From Takakia lepidozioides (taxonomy: Eukaryota > Plantae > Bryophyta): 64,000 nt of DNA. The position numbers were made by a program, and so were the translations under genes. The notes beneath the pieces are model-generated. The model was given only the letters and a program-made list of their open reading frames with translations, had not been told where the DNA came from and made no database searches. Location of the stretch: contig CM060731.1 of the NCBI GenBank assembly GCA_030704615.1, positions 10,788,001 through 10,852,000 on the forward strand, read 5' to 3'. Positions 1-11,492 of this stretch are shown here, piece after piece; the first letter of the stretch is position 1, and each line of letters begins with the position of its first letter.

Positions 1-1642
1 CCACTCCCTTGCTGACAGAAGGTTTATTCGCCCTCCCACGGATTTGGAGTTTCCACACTGTAAGACCTCGCCACCATCCCCACATGGCAGCGTGACTACT
101 CTCTTGCGGCCATCTATGACCGCTCCGGATTTGCTCCCAATGAGATCTATTCATCGATCTGGCAGATGGTGAAGTTTCTCACGTCCCTCCAACTCCCCAG
201 TTGAAGAGGAAATCAAATCGCCAACCTTGTCGCCAACTGTGGTTTCCTTTGCAGAACGCACCTCAATAGAGGCCCCAGTCACTTGGTGGGAGTCCCAGCT
301 TTTGTGCGTTGCCGGTGTCGGAAGGAGTGCGACGCTCCTGTGTCCACCAACAACGACACATTTTCCAGATTTATCCAATCCATGAACACTAACTGACTCC
401 CTTTTCGTAAGGCGCCAGTTTCCTGATACAACTCACAAGAAAATTGCCTACATTGCAAGTCCTGGCGACCACCGCTTCCACCAAGCGACTGATGGTATCT
501 TCCGAAGCTCCGTGGTCGCCCGAGTCATGTTCAATTGCCGGGGCTTCGTGCACTTCTTGGCCATGGCCCGGTCTCCCCGCAATTGAAACACACTCCATCA
601 AAGGTCGCCTTCTGTCCGCCATAAGCCGCTCCACCCGCTTTTCTTTCGGAGCAACGAGTTGCCGCCTGACGTGTGAAGGCCCTCCCTTCGATTTCCACGT
701 GCAATTATCGCCGCATGGCCTTTCCCACTTCTTTCCGGTCGGAATGAGTCACTTCCCGCCGATCTTCTTGTGGTCAGCTCCGTACGGCCGTGTCTTTCAC
801 CCCTAGGGACATCCGAGAAACATTCAGCCCTCTCAATTGCCTCGTTCAAAGTCTTGGGTGGCTTCTTCCTCCGCCTGTCCCATGGGTCCAGTCCCCACAA
901 AGTTGAAGACCCTTTCTTTCTGTTTCTGCCATGTCCGCGATTTCGAGCAACAGCACATTGAAAGCCTGGACGTACCCCTAATGTCATCTGTTTGCTTCAA
1001 ATTCCTCATCTTGTCCCGGCAAAGTAGCCAGGACGCGTTGAGGGGCACAAACTGTCTCTTCAACAATTCCTTGAACCCACCCATTTCAAGGTTTCCGGAC
1101 TTAGACCTCGTCGTGAAGGCGTTTCTTTCTGCCACCATTGTTGAGCATAGCCCTTAAATAGGTGGGAGCCACTTCCACGCGATCCTCGTCACTCAACCTT
1201 GGCCGCCCGGAAGTACTGCTCCAGCTCCAAGAGCCAGGTGTGAGTGCCTTCCGATTTCGGACGCCCTCGAAGGTGCCGGGTTCTTAGGCTTCACCTTAAA
1301 CTTTGCCTTAGTGGAAGTGGCATTAGCCCTTCAACACGTCCTTCAACGTCCCCCCAAACTGCGCCAACAACCCTTCCCAAAAGGCTGCCGGCATGGGAGG
1401 CATCTCTTGGTTTGTCGGAGCTCTCAAGGATCCTCGGGCTCCGACTCCTCGGATTCCTCCCGCTCTTGGGCGGCCTCGTTTTCGGAAACATGCATCGCTT
1501 CCTCAAACGGCCGCCTCGGTGACACGCCGCCCCCATCGAGCTCAACCGGGATCATCATCTTTTGGGCCGTTCCGCTTTCGCTTCGGCTTGCCCGACCCCA
1601 TGATGAGGCCAATCCCAAGGACGATCGCGTACTGAACTCTAA
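1..1642 (-). mobile_element. Ty3/gypsy LTR retrotransposon internal region (gag, zinc knuckle, aspartic protease), frameshifted; continues off the left edge
   Basis: Minus-strand translation across frameshifts gives a gag core (FKELLKRQFVP...RDKMRNLKQTDD, ~980-1080), a CCHC knuckle CFNCGETG(H)MAKKC (~548-592) and the protease motif LLVDTGASHSF (~320-355). It follows a PBS and LTR. Confidence 0.9.
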
Positions 1643-1654
1643 GCTCTGATACCA
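1643..1654 (-). promoter_or_regulatory. Primer-binding site for initiator tRNA-Met
   Basis: The reverse complement reads TGGTATCAGAGC, 2 nt inside the LTR end. Confidence 0.92.
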
Positions 1655-1656
1655 AG

Positions 1657-2378
1657 TGTCGCGCACCTCACTTCGGTAAACTCCCCTTCAAGTCATAGTT
1701 ACTCGCTTTGATGCCGCACCTGACTCCCAACCTGGCCGCCGGGCAACTTGGAGCTTCGGCTGCTCACCGGGACATAACGGTCCCCTTTCGCTTCCCTCTA
1801 AAACCCTCCACCTAATTGGGACTAGGAGAATTCCCTTTGGTAGATGGCAGTCCGGAATAGCTCCCCACTCTTTGGTCGCTTTCCGGCTCGCTCGCTTACT
1901 CACTAGTTTTTGGTCACCAACGGGCTTGCACCGTTCTCGGGGTTACTACTCCCTATATATACTTCTGTAGCTGTCCGCGGGGGTTTCACAACCAGCCATG
2001 CCATTTTATGGCGAACCACCACGAAGACCCTCGATTCCCAGTGGTGAGTCGCGGTGAGTCTTGGCCCGCTCACCACGGCCCTATGGACCGTGATGAGTCC
2101 CAAGACTCCCCACGACTCCCACCACGAGGTCTCCGCCCCCATGGTGAGTCCTATGCCACCCCCACTAAGTCCCACTAAGCTACCACCACCCCTTGTGGAG
2201 CCACCCCCACCGCAACCCGGTGTGCGGGCTCCACCTAGTGAGCGCCTCCGCTTCCCTGAGTGCCTTGGGCACTCAAGGGTGCCTCAGCCCCCCATACCTA
2301 TCGCTGCCGCTGCCCCCACCACAGGGGCAGCCCCTCATGTATCCCGACCCCCTGCCCTCAAGGCAAAGGGCCGCGACA
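1657..2378 (-). mobile_element. 5' LTR (722 bp) of the gypsy element
   Basis: TG...CA ends with a 7-bp terminal inverted repeat (TGTCGCG at 1657, CGCGACA ending 2378), adjacent to the PBS. TATA-like TATATATA near 1954. Confidence 0.88.
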
Positions 2379-2379
2379 G

Positions 2380-2510
2380 TTTCCCAATGCGAAACCCACC
2401 GCTACATAGGTTTGTGCCCATGTCACCAAGTACCAGTAAGGGTTTCTCAATGCGAAACGCACCGCTCCATAGGTTTGTGCCCATATCACCGAGTCTTTCT
2501 CAATGCGAAA
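2380..2510. repeat. Short tandem repeat (~55-62 bp unit, two copies plus a partial)
   Basis: CAATGCGAAAC(C/G)CACCGCT(A/C)CATAGGTTTGTGCCCAT(G/A)TCACC occurs at ~2385 and ~2448; a partial CAATGCGAAA at ~2501. Confidence 0.85.
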
Positions 2511-3293
2511 TTTGTAGTTGTCGCTATAAGTTTAGGGTTTCTGGCTACATTACTGAAGTTTTCGCCTCGCTGAATTGGTGCAGATGTACCGTATATATGC
2601 ACTCATCCTCTATACCCGCTTATGGTTTTTTCCGTTTTGCAAACATATAACTCCTATGACCGAGGTTAAAAAAAACATAAAACTCCCATGACTGTAGGTT
2701 GTGCTCACGCGCGGGAGCCTGCGCACTGTGCTCAAGCGATACCAACCCCCTATTACTTGAACTCATCATCCAATAGATAGCCAAGTGCCTAATACCATAA
2801 GTTATTGGTGGTTGAGGCTTCAAAAGACCTCAGAGGTGTGTTGGATGCCATGAAGGTGTCCACCTCCCATTGGAAGGCATAGCTGGTCAAGTGACACCAT
2901 AAAGTACAGTTAAGCCTCTCGATCTTTTTTGAACTCATCCTGTATCCCGGACACAATGGGGGATAGATGCCAGGAAAGGAAAACAAAACACCTTTGTCAG
3001 CTCTCTAGTATGTCATCAATCGACATGCCTTAGACAACTCGACTAGACTTCTTCACAACTCAAGCATTATACTCTTCTGTGTTTTGGATTGAGCCATTTT
3101 GAGCTGCTTCGTCATGTTGCCTCCCCCCTCTTCCCTTCCGTATGCTCTCTCCAGCGTAAACCTGGTCACAATCGAGTGAAGGCTATGGCAAGTGAAGACG
3201 AGAAACACCTCAGCCTCCAATATCCTTGTATTTACAGTTCAGGTTATTCCCTCTGGAGCTCAAAGGTATCTCAAAATATCCCATTGCAGAGAC

Positions 3294-3455
3294 TCAATAA
3301 GCCGAAATTGAGACTTCTTGGGGCCCCATACCTTGTACCACAACATCAAGATCACTCACAATCCACTCAGCTGTTTGAGGAGAATCACTTATATAGACTT
3401 CAGTGCCCACATCTATTGATGGCCATACCCTCTTTGCTGGTGGAGTCTCAGGATC
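3294..3455 (-). CDS. Duplicate of the last coding exon of the DUF7705-like gene (possible alternative terminal exon or paralog remnant)
   Basis: Acceptor ttttcctttgacag, then an open phase-0 frame DPETPPAKRVWPSIDVGTEVYISDSPQTAEWIVSDLDVVVQGMGPQEVSISAY*. 27 of the first 38 aa are identical to exon 5802-5951. Confidence 0.65.
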   Translation of the reverse strand, partial: DPETPPAKRVWPSIDVGTEVYISDSPQTAEWIVSDLDVVVQGMGPQEVSISAY

Positions 3456-4159
3456 CTGTCAAAGGAAAATACTCCAGTAAGTACTTGTGTTGGGGTTATG
3501 TGTGCATGAGAAGATGAAAAGAAAGTATTCAGTCCATGGGAGGAAAAGAGAGTTATTCAGTGACCAGTCTCGTGCTTTCTTTGGGAAAGAAAGGAACACT
3601 ATGATTTCCACAGAAAAAATAACAGTAGAAGGGGAGAGGGGGCCTTCTGGTGCCAGTTTCTCTAAGTTGCATGCCAAAGTTGTGTTAGAAAATTTTACTG
3701 TAATAAAGTTTGACATTGGGTGTTTTCCCCCTTTCTTTACGAGAGAGTAATCGCTGTTTTGCACGGTAAAGGGCATAAGCCTCTTCCAACCTCCTTTAGC
3801 CAATTCTGGTTTCAGCCCACAAGACTTGGCACTTTTGAAGACAGCCATCAATAATCCAGTCACAGAGTATTCTAGTGTGCATATATGCATTCGTATTCCA
3901 TCTTTCTAGAGGCCATGAGGTTGATTACAGAACTGCAGCTCTGGCCCTCCAGCTGGAAACAGACAACAAATGCTGCCATGGTCACGTTACCAGTCACAGT
4001 TGAAAAAATAAGAGGGGGGGCTTGGAAACAAAGAAATGCCACATCCATGGCGGCTGGAGACACCACACAAATAGGAGAGTGTGGACCTAGAGGGTCCATG
4101 GAACACATACTAGGACAGAAATGAAATGAAATGGTGCTTTATAACGTCCACGGAAAGCT

Positions 4160-4560
4160 CATAGAGCTTATGGGACAAAATGGAAAGAAAAACATGAGAG
4201 AAAACAGGAAACCAGACTCAGAGATAAGAACTATTGTTCGAGTGATTGTCTAAGGGTGAATGCCTTGTGCAGGTAAGCTGCCAAGCATTTCTGATCTAGA
4301 TAGTGAAAGACTTCAGTGAGAGATTGGGTTCCACAGAATAGACAAGAAAAAAGAAGAGAAATGGTACTTTATGTAACATCCGTGGGCAGCTCAAAGGGCT
4401 TATGGGACAGGTGGAAGAAGAAACAAGGAAGAGGCAGGGGCCACAAGCAGCCCAAAAGCAACTATAGCTCAAAATAGTCAACGCTTCATGCAGGTAAGCT
4501 GCCAAACAATTCTAAGTAATGGAAGACCTCCGTGAGAGATTGGGTATCCGGAAGAGACAG
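4160..4560. repeat. Degenerate direct duplication, ~220-230 bp period
   Basis: GCTTATGGGACA at ~4167 and ~4398; GCAGGTAAGCTGCCAA at ~4269 and ~4490; GTGAGAGATTGGGT at ~4316 and ~4532. Confidence 0.7.
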
Positions 4561-5801
4561 TTGAAGGGATCTCATGGTGTAAATGGCAGTGAAAGAAGAA
4601 ATATTCCTCGCTTTCAATTTCTGAAAACATAATCAAGTGACAGAAATAGAAGCATCACAAAAATTGGTGAAATTTTGATGCAAGTCTGGAAGAGCTTAAC
4701 TTGAATACTTGATTACTTGTAGCTGTCTGGCAGGTGTAAAACACTGAGAGAGGAGCTCACGTAAAGGGATAACATATTTTCTCCACAACTGCCTGAAAGC
4801 TGAAAGGATTGATGAAGGCACTAACGAGGACTTTCGTAGATAAAGAAGCGAAACTAAAACTAAGGTTTCAGAAACTTGTGTGCCAAACGGAAGCCCGCAG
4901 AAGGACAAGGATACAATGTACAATTAGATCATTACTGCTTCCAGTGAGAAATAAATTGAGCGCGAAATGTCAATGAACCAAAAAGCCTAACTTAATGGTC
5001 GAGGGAATCCAAAAGGATGACCACAGTAACAGCTTAACCAATGCTAAGGCTATTGCGCCCAATCAAGGACCAAGAAGGTACTTATGCACGCCATTCATGA
5101 GAGGATAGGAGAGAACTCCCAAGATATAAACTGCTGTCAAAAGTAGCTTGATATTCAGCAACGTACAAAGCGTGGGACTCTTGCCCTGGTCAAACTTGGT
5201 TGATACAAAGGTCATGATCATAAAAGGTAGAACAACTTTCACTACTATCTAGGCTTTGCTCCAAGGGCCTCTAATTTTTCAAGGATGCTCTGGACAACCA
5301 CCATGATTTGGTGGAAAATAACGTATTGTAATTGTAACAGAGAATTTGGTAAGCAGTGACCCTGACATTAACCTAACTTTCAATATAAGAAATCCTGTTT
5401 CTCAAAGAGATAAAACCCTTGGAATGGATAGTGGAGAAGGCTGGAAATAATAACAGCAGGGAGAGAGCTAAGGCTAGCACCTGAGTCTCTGGGTACCCTA
5501 GAGTGGGTATGCAGCCCATGAGTAAGCATCAATTGGAAGACAACAATAGGGTTGGTGTGAACCCTTGAATACATACTCAGACTTGAAACTTGAAAGGAAG
5601 ATCGCAGCACTGGCACCTGGAATTCAAAGGGAGGAAAGGAGAGAATCCCCTAGCTTTTGCAGAGTGAGGGGACCTTAAATGTCCCGAACAATGACCTCAT
5701 ATGTAGCTGCCCTCCCAGAGACAATTCAAGAGTCACAACCAACTGGCTACCAATCCCAGTAGGCAGACAAAGACTCCACTACCCTGGAAGGACACTGCTA
5801 A

Positions 5802-8800
5802 CTATGCTCCATTTGCAACCAGTGAGCTTGGAATAAGAACATCAAAATCAGCGACCGTCCACTCGGCTGTTTGGGAGTGACTATCAATGTAGATCTCTGT
5901 GCCTACATCTATTGATGGCCACACCCGGGTAGCCGGTTGCGTCCCAGGGTCCTGCGATGTGAATTCAGCAGGAGATGAATGAGATGCTTGGCTATCACAA
6001 TTGATTGACACCTATTCCAAAGTGTCACGCCAATGTTACAATGAATATCCAGACACAAGAATGCTAGCAACGAATGAGAGGGAGTGAGGAGATTTTGAAG
6101 GAGAAAAAATAATGATTGATACACACATTCTACCTTAGCTCTTCCTCTTCCTTCCCCCATTGTCTCCTTCCTTCTATTTACAGCATGGCATACACCAATT
6201 AAAACAGCCAGATACTGAGATGCCAGCAATTGACTGTAGCCACATTCACAAAAGAAAAGGAGAAGCAAAAGCAAGACAATCTTACGTCCAGTAGAGACAG
6301 AATGTACTCATAAGACGTTTGCCACAGCCCAAGGACAGAGAGAGAGAGAAAGAGCGATGATCTTCTCATCAGACCCTGCTAGCTTATAGACTTGCTGCCA
6401 TGTATGCAACGACAGAATGGGGGTCACTATCATCACAGAAGGCTTGCTCCAAAGGTAGTCCGTATCTCTTAAGAGTAAGTTGCTTCCGACATTTCAGGAT
6501 TTTCTCGAGAAAGATCCATGCATTGGATTGAATGAAGCAAATTTATTCCTTCCCAAGGCAGCGGAGTGGGACTGTAGGACACATTGGAACTAGGAGAGAA
6601 GGAGACGAAATATGATATATCCACGAGGGCCATGGGATACAACAAACAAAGAAGGTGCAAATGAAGGAACCAAAGGTACTATCGTGCTATGTCTTAGAGT
6701 GTGTGTATGTGTATGAGAGAGAGAGGAAAAAGAATAGGGAAAGACATTATAACATCTACTAAAAAAAAATTCATTACATCCACATGAGGCACAAAGGGCC
6801 CACAGAACGAATATAAGTAGAATGACACAGTAGAACCACATAAAGCAAACAGTAGAACCAGGAACAGAGAGAGAGAACCTGATAGAAGTAGAGACGGTTC
6901 GAAAGGGCTCCCACATCAAGCACCCATGTCCTGGAGTCACCAACCCATCCGTCCCCTTTCTTGGCAGGATAACCATGGACAGCCCACTCAGGATGCGGAA
7001 GCAATTGCACCAGCTCTTGAGCCTGAGGATTGCTGTAAGGGTCACACATATAGCTTGGTTTCTCTGCATAGGCTGCATTTGGTGGTGTACAGTAGAGATG
7101 GTAGGCTGAATAGGGGAAATTTTCCGTGTCATTGCGATAGATCTTTGTCCCATTGATGGAGATGTGGTAGGGTGGGCACTGAACAAGGGCAGTAGACCTG
7201 CATCATTCAAAAGTAAGGTGTTGGGATTATTACACAACAATGTAAGTCCTGAAAGATTTTCTTGAGCAAGTATTTATGGTTGAGCCTTATCTCTTCCATT
7301 TCCAGTACAACAACTATTCCAATACTTGAGATGAACAAGTGTGGCAGGAATGTCCAAAGACAGACAGACAGACAGGGCCCAAAGGGGCCAAAGAACAAAA
7401 GTGGAACAACAAAGAACCACAGAGATAGAGAGAGATTTGAGGGGGAGAGTTCTGACCTGCACCAGTTGGGTGTGTCTGGGTTGATGATCATTTCAACATA
7501 CCGTGTGACATCAGTATCAACACTACCATTACATGGTTCTCCAGTGTTCTTCCAGCAACCCCCTATGTCAATCAGATAGAATTGACTCTGAGGACCCCCT
7601 CCTTGAATCACATCCAGTGTAACAACAACTGTGAAATTGGGAGACACTGGCACCTGAGAATACGACAGAGTAGGAGGATTAAAAACTTTGCACTCCTCCT
7701 CACCCTCCATCACCTTACATGGGACACTTTCTTTGATCCTCTTCAACTACGGCTGTAATTGGTGCAAGGTCGGGAAGTGAATGAAATCAAAATCTCTTTG
7801 GCCATGTGTCGGATGTGGAAAAAGGAGTGAGAGAAAGAGAGAATATTACATATGAGGGCATGGGTAAAAACTCATTGGCCGACCAACCCCATTTCAGACT
7901 TCTGCAAAATCCAATATCTATTACATTGGAGATCAGACGTAATGGATCAAGGTGCAAAACATGTGGTGACATGATCATCTTGTATACAAAATGACTCCTC
8001 CATATTACATTAGAACAGCAAACTTTGGAGATTAACCAAAATAAACAGTGAAGTTCTTATGCACCCACCTGTTTCATCATGCCGCGTGTATCCCATGGAT
8101 AACCACCGGACACACCTTTGGTTGTGTCCGCCCTAAGGTAGAGCATAAGCCACGGATACTTTGGAGAAACTGTGAGCTGGTGTCGAAAAATCCAGCTACC
8201 AGAAGTTGCATTCTTCTGCCATGAAACTGAAAAGTAGGATATGTTACTGGAACCAGATGAAAACTCAGTTGTGTTCATGTCATAGGTCCCATAGAAACTT
8301 CCTGAAAGTGATCCCTGTGATGCTGAGGTTATATTCCCAACCGACGAAAAACTAGATCCTGTGGATGTTGACCAATTGTGGTAGACCAAAGGCTGATTCA
8401 TGCAACCCACACCAAAGCATGGAAACGCTGCTTTTCTGTTTCTTCCATATACACTACTCTCTGTCCTGTTGTTTTGAGTAAATTTTACGGACTTTGAGGC
8501 AAAAGATTTGCATAGGCCCGATGTCGCATCGAAGTTCCCATTCTTTAGCATAATCATCCAAAAATGCCAGGGCTTGGTCTCATTATTCCCTTCACAAAGT
8601 GATGCCAGATACTTCTCCTTCTCAACAGCATAGAGATCCGGATCATCAGAAGCCATGAAGGAGCCTGTTGGGAAGACATTTGCAGTCTGCAACTGGTTGT
8701 CTGCATCCTTCACCCTTCTTACCGCAGTACAGGTCTCAACGTGGTTCACTGAACAAATTGGACGACAACCAAAATTAGGCTCCTTTGGGTGACCAAGGAG

Positions 8801-9322
8801 GGTGAATTAGGCAAATTTGGTCTGATTACAGCTGACCTCCTAGGAATTTGCTTAATCTTCAACTGTCCAATAGAAGGAGGCCCATGTATCCACCTATCTT
8901 CTATCAGTAGAAAAGAAAATTATCTCTGGAGCAGCCATTCAACAAATGTCATCAGCCAACGAACTCCAACAAGAAGGACCGCATCAGACGTTGGGTAAGA
9001 GCTTGCCATCAGATGGGTCGTCACACTGTTGGTCGGTACAATCGGCCCACCGGGGACTGGGTTGTAAGGTCTGTGGTCCAGCGCGGTTGCAAAAATTCCA
9101 TCCCTCCACCGCCACTCTCACCTTCTGACTTTTCATTCCCGGATCTCCTAAAATGCTTGATGTGTGAGTCTTGTTGATGGATAGAAAATTTTCTTCTTGC
9201 AGCACGAAGTCCGTAAAACTATAAGCTTGGGTAACAGAAGACCGCAGGAGACATAACAGTGAGACGATGGAGTATGAAAAGAGCATAGTCCAGTCCAGGA
9301 GATGAGATCTCGTGACCGCCAT
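5802..9322 (-). CDS. Secreted plant-conserved uncharacterised protein (DUF7705 / AT2G47010-AT1G17030-like family), 553 aa, 5 exons: 9322-9007, 8748-8069, 7653-7457, 7197-6879, 5951-5802
   Basis: Exon phases add to 1662 nt with no internal stop. Hydrophobic N-terminus. Family motifs GDPGM..VAVEGWNFCN, FWMIMLKNGNFD, KYPWLMLYLRAD, GGGPQSQFYLIDIG, CDPYSNPQAQE, WPSIDVGTE. Family name recalled, not searched. Confidence 0.88.
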
Positions 9323-11369
9323 TCTTGCTCTTGTGTGTGGCCCTCCAGTTTGGCTATGAGCGCCTCCGTATGGTGCGGCAGCCTATTTGCTGACTACCTG
9401 CGTCCTGCCTGCCTTTCCCAAAACAGTTCGCATTATTCAGATGTTGTACTAGAGACCCGACACCGAGTGTCCTTCACGAGAGTGAAAGGATTCAGCTCGG
9501 GCACAACTTCACAAGTTACGAATCAATTCAAACTGTAAAGGAACCACCTCTCTGCTGCACCTCGTGTGCGACCAAATGCGACAGAGACAGGAATGTTGAG
9601 TAGCCTCTCTCTCTCTCTTACATACACACACGAACACACATCCCCAGCCTCATCTCTGCTGTCTGAGTCATCAAACAACTCTTCCACTTAATGCATGTAG
9701 ATGAACTGGGTGCATCCCATTTTAATGCAGCTGAGTCATGTTTCCAACAATACCGTATAGGAAGTAGAGTGTAGGATCACCAGCATCCAATGCTCCACTC
9801 TTTTGTATTCATACAGTGCATACCTACTTCAATACAACGACCAGAACTTGATAAAACTTGACTCATACCTCTTCCTCCCTGCATCTCCTACACCCATCTC
9901 TTGTCAAAAACAGCAGCCGGGTAGCAGGCACACTATCCGCAACCGAGCCTCTGCATCTCACAACTAGGAAGTGCGGGTCTTAAATTGCACCCCCCCTTCC
10001 TCCTCCTCCCTGGACATTCAAATGCCAAGGGGGGCGGGGGGGCGTGGAATCCATGCATGACCACCATGCACCGGCCATTATCCAAAGCAAGTAAATGACA
10101 GTTGCATTACCCATGGGTTAAGGAAACACGAACACAAGGGTGATTAGGTTATCCGCCATAGCTGCAGCTGGCCACCATCAACACAATGTTAACGCGGTGC
10201 CAGAATACAAGCATGCCACCACGAATGCTGTGCGTGAATGAACCGGCTCAGCTCTGCCCACACTCCCACTGTCAGGAATCTCTCCGAATATTCCTTGGAG
10301 CGGGTATAACGGCAAACGGTCGGTGTGTCCCTTTAGGACTTAAATGGTCTCACCAGTCACACCCGGCGGCACCTCCATCCTTAAACACATGGGTAGTGCC
10401 AGATCTAAGCCTGATTTTCCCATCCCAATGCCCGTGCTTTGATATGATGTTGTGAATGTTATGATTTGTTTATGCAACAGTTCCATATGGTTAGAAAGCC
10501 TCGTCCCCCGCTGATGATGGGCGTGCAGATTGATGCAAAAGAATAGTCATGGGACTTGTTCTTTCAATATGCTGCCAAAAGAGCCTACTGCATTACCTCA
10601 GCATCTATACACGAAACGGGATAACGGCAGAGGGGATGTGACCTCAATGGTGATTAAAACTGGGGAGCAATATGGTCTGGAACAAACCGGGACCACCTAA
10701 AGAAAGTGCATTCCTAATTTGGGCAAACTGCCAACAGGATCCTGAAAGCATGTTGTAACATAGGCATGGCACAAACTTTGGAGCGCTGCGTTCTAGGTAC
10801 CTTGAACATCAGTCTGACTTTTTCAAGTGCCTCTACCAGGAATCAAGGGCCGCTATCTTCGAATAAGCTGAGCACTGCGAGAACTTAACTACAAGAGTAA
10901 GAATAAATTAACTGTCAACCCATGTCCTATCTTTGAATCTCTGCGAAATAGCACGGTCCTCCGGAATCTCGCGTGTGGTCGCTCTCAAGAACTACACTGA
11001 CCACTTCAATGCTAGTAGTTCCTGTTAAATTCTATGAGATGCAAATTGTGGGTAGAAGGGTAAAGCTTGGGAAAAGCCCGATCTATAGACATCGGAAGGA
11101 ATGTAACGCTTCAAGAGCACCGGATCCATAGCAGATTCCAAACTACATACTCTGGGGCGCCAAGGGATGTTCTGATGGAGCGCATCATCAAACGATTGCA
11201 GCTGGACAGCGCAGCCTCCGCCTCACTCCCAAGGCCACAACTCGACACTGGCGGCCCCACTCGAACTAGGCACCACAAAAAACAAAGGGAAGTTTTGTTG
11301 GCTCTCTTGTAGAGAGAGACATGCAAGTCAATGGAGAAAATGTGGTCAAAGTACCTTACACCGTGTCAA

Positions 11370-11492
11370 GGCGCTGATTGGTGTGTTGTGCTGAGTCATG
11401 CTCCCTAGTCCTACCTTCCTCTTATGTTGTGCCAAAGCAACGCAAAGCAAAGCAAGAGAGCCAGTTGCCATTTGAGGCTTGTTTAAGAATAA
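11370..11492. repeat. Dispersed ~110-bp repeat (second copy ~40737-40836)
   Basis: Both loci share GTGTTGTGCTGAGTCATGC...TTATGTT...AAAGCAAGAGAGCC...TTTGA...CTTGTT. Confidence 0.7.

Noticed and set aside
2380-2510. CRISPR-like repeat-spacer appearance
   Set aside because: Units are ~50 bp with only 2-12 bp between them, fewer than three full copies, no cas genes, eukaryotic context.
2054-2650. 198-aa proline-rich ORF
   Set aside because: It spans the LTR end and the flanking tandem repeat; chance ORF.
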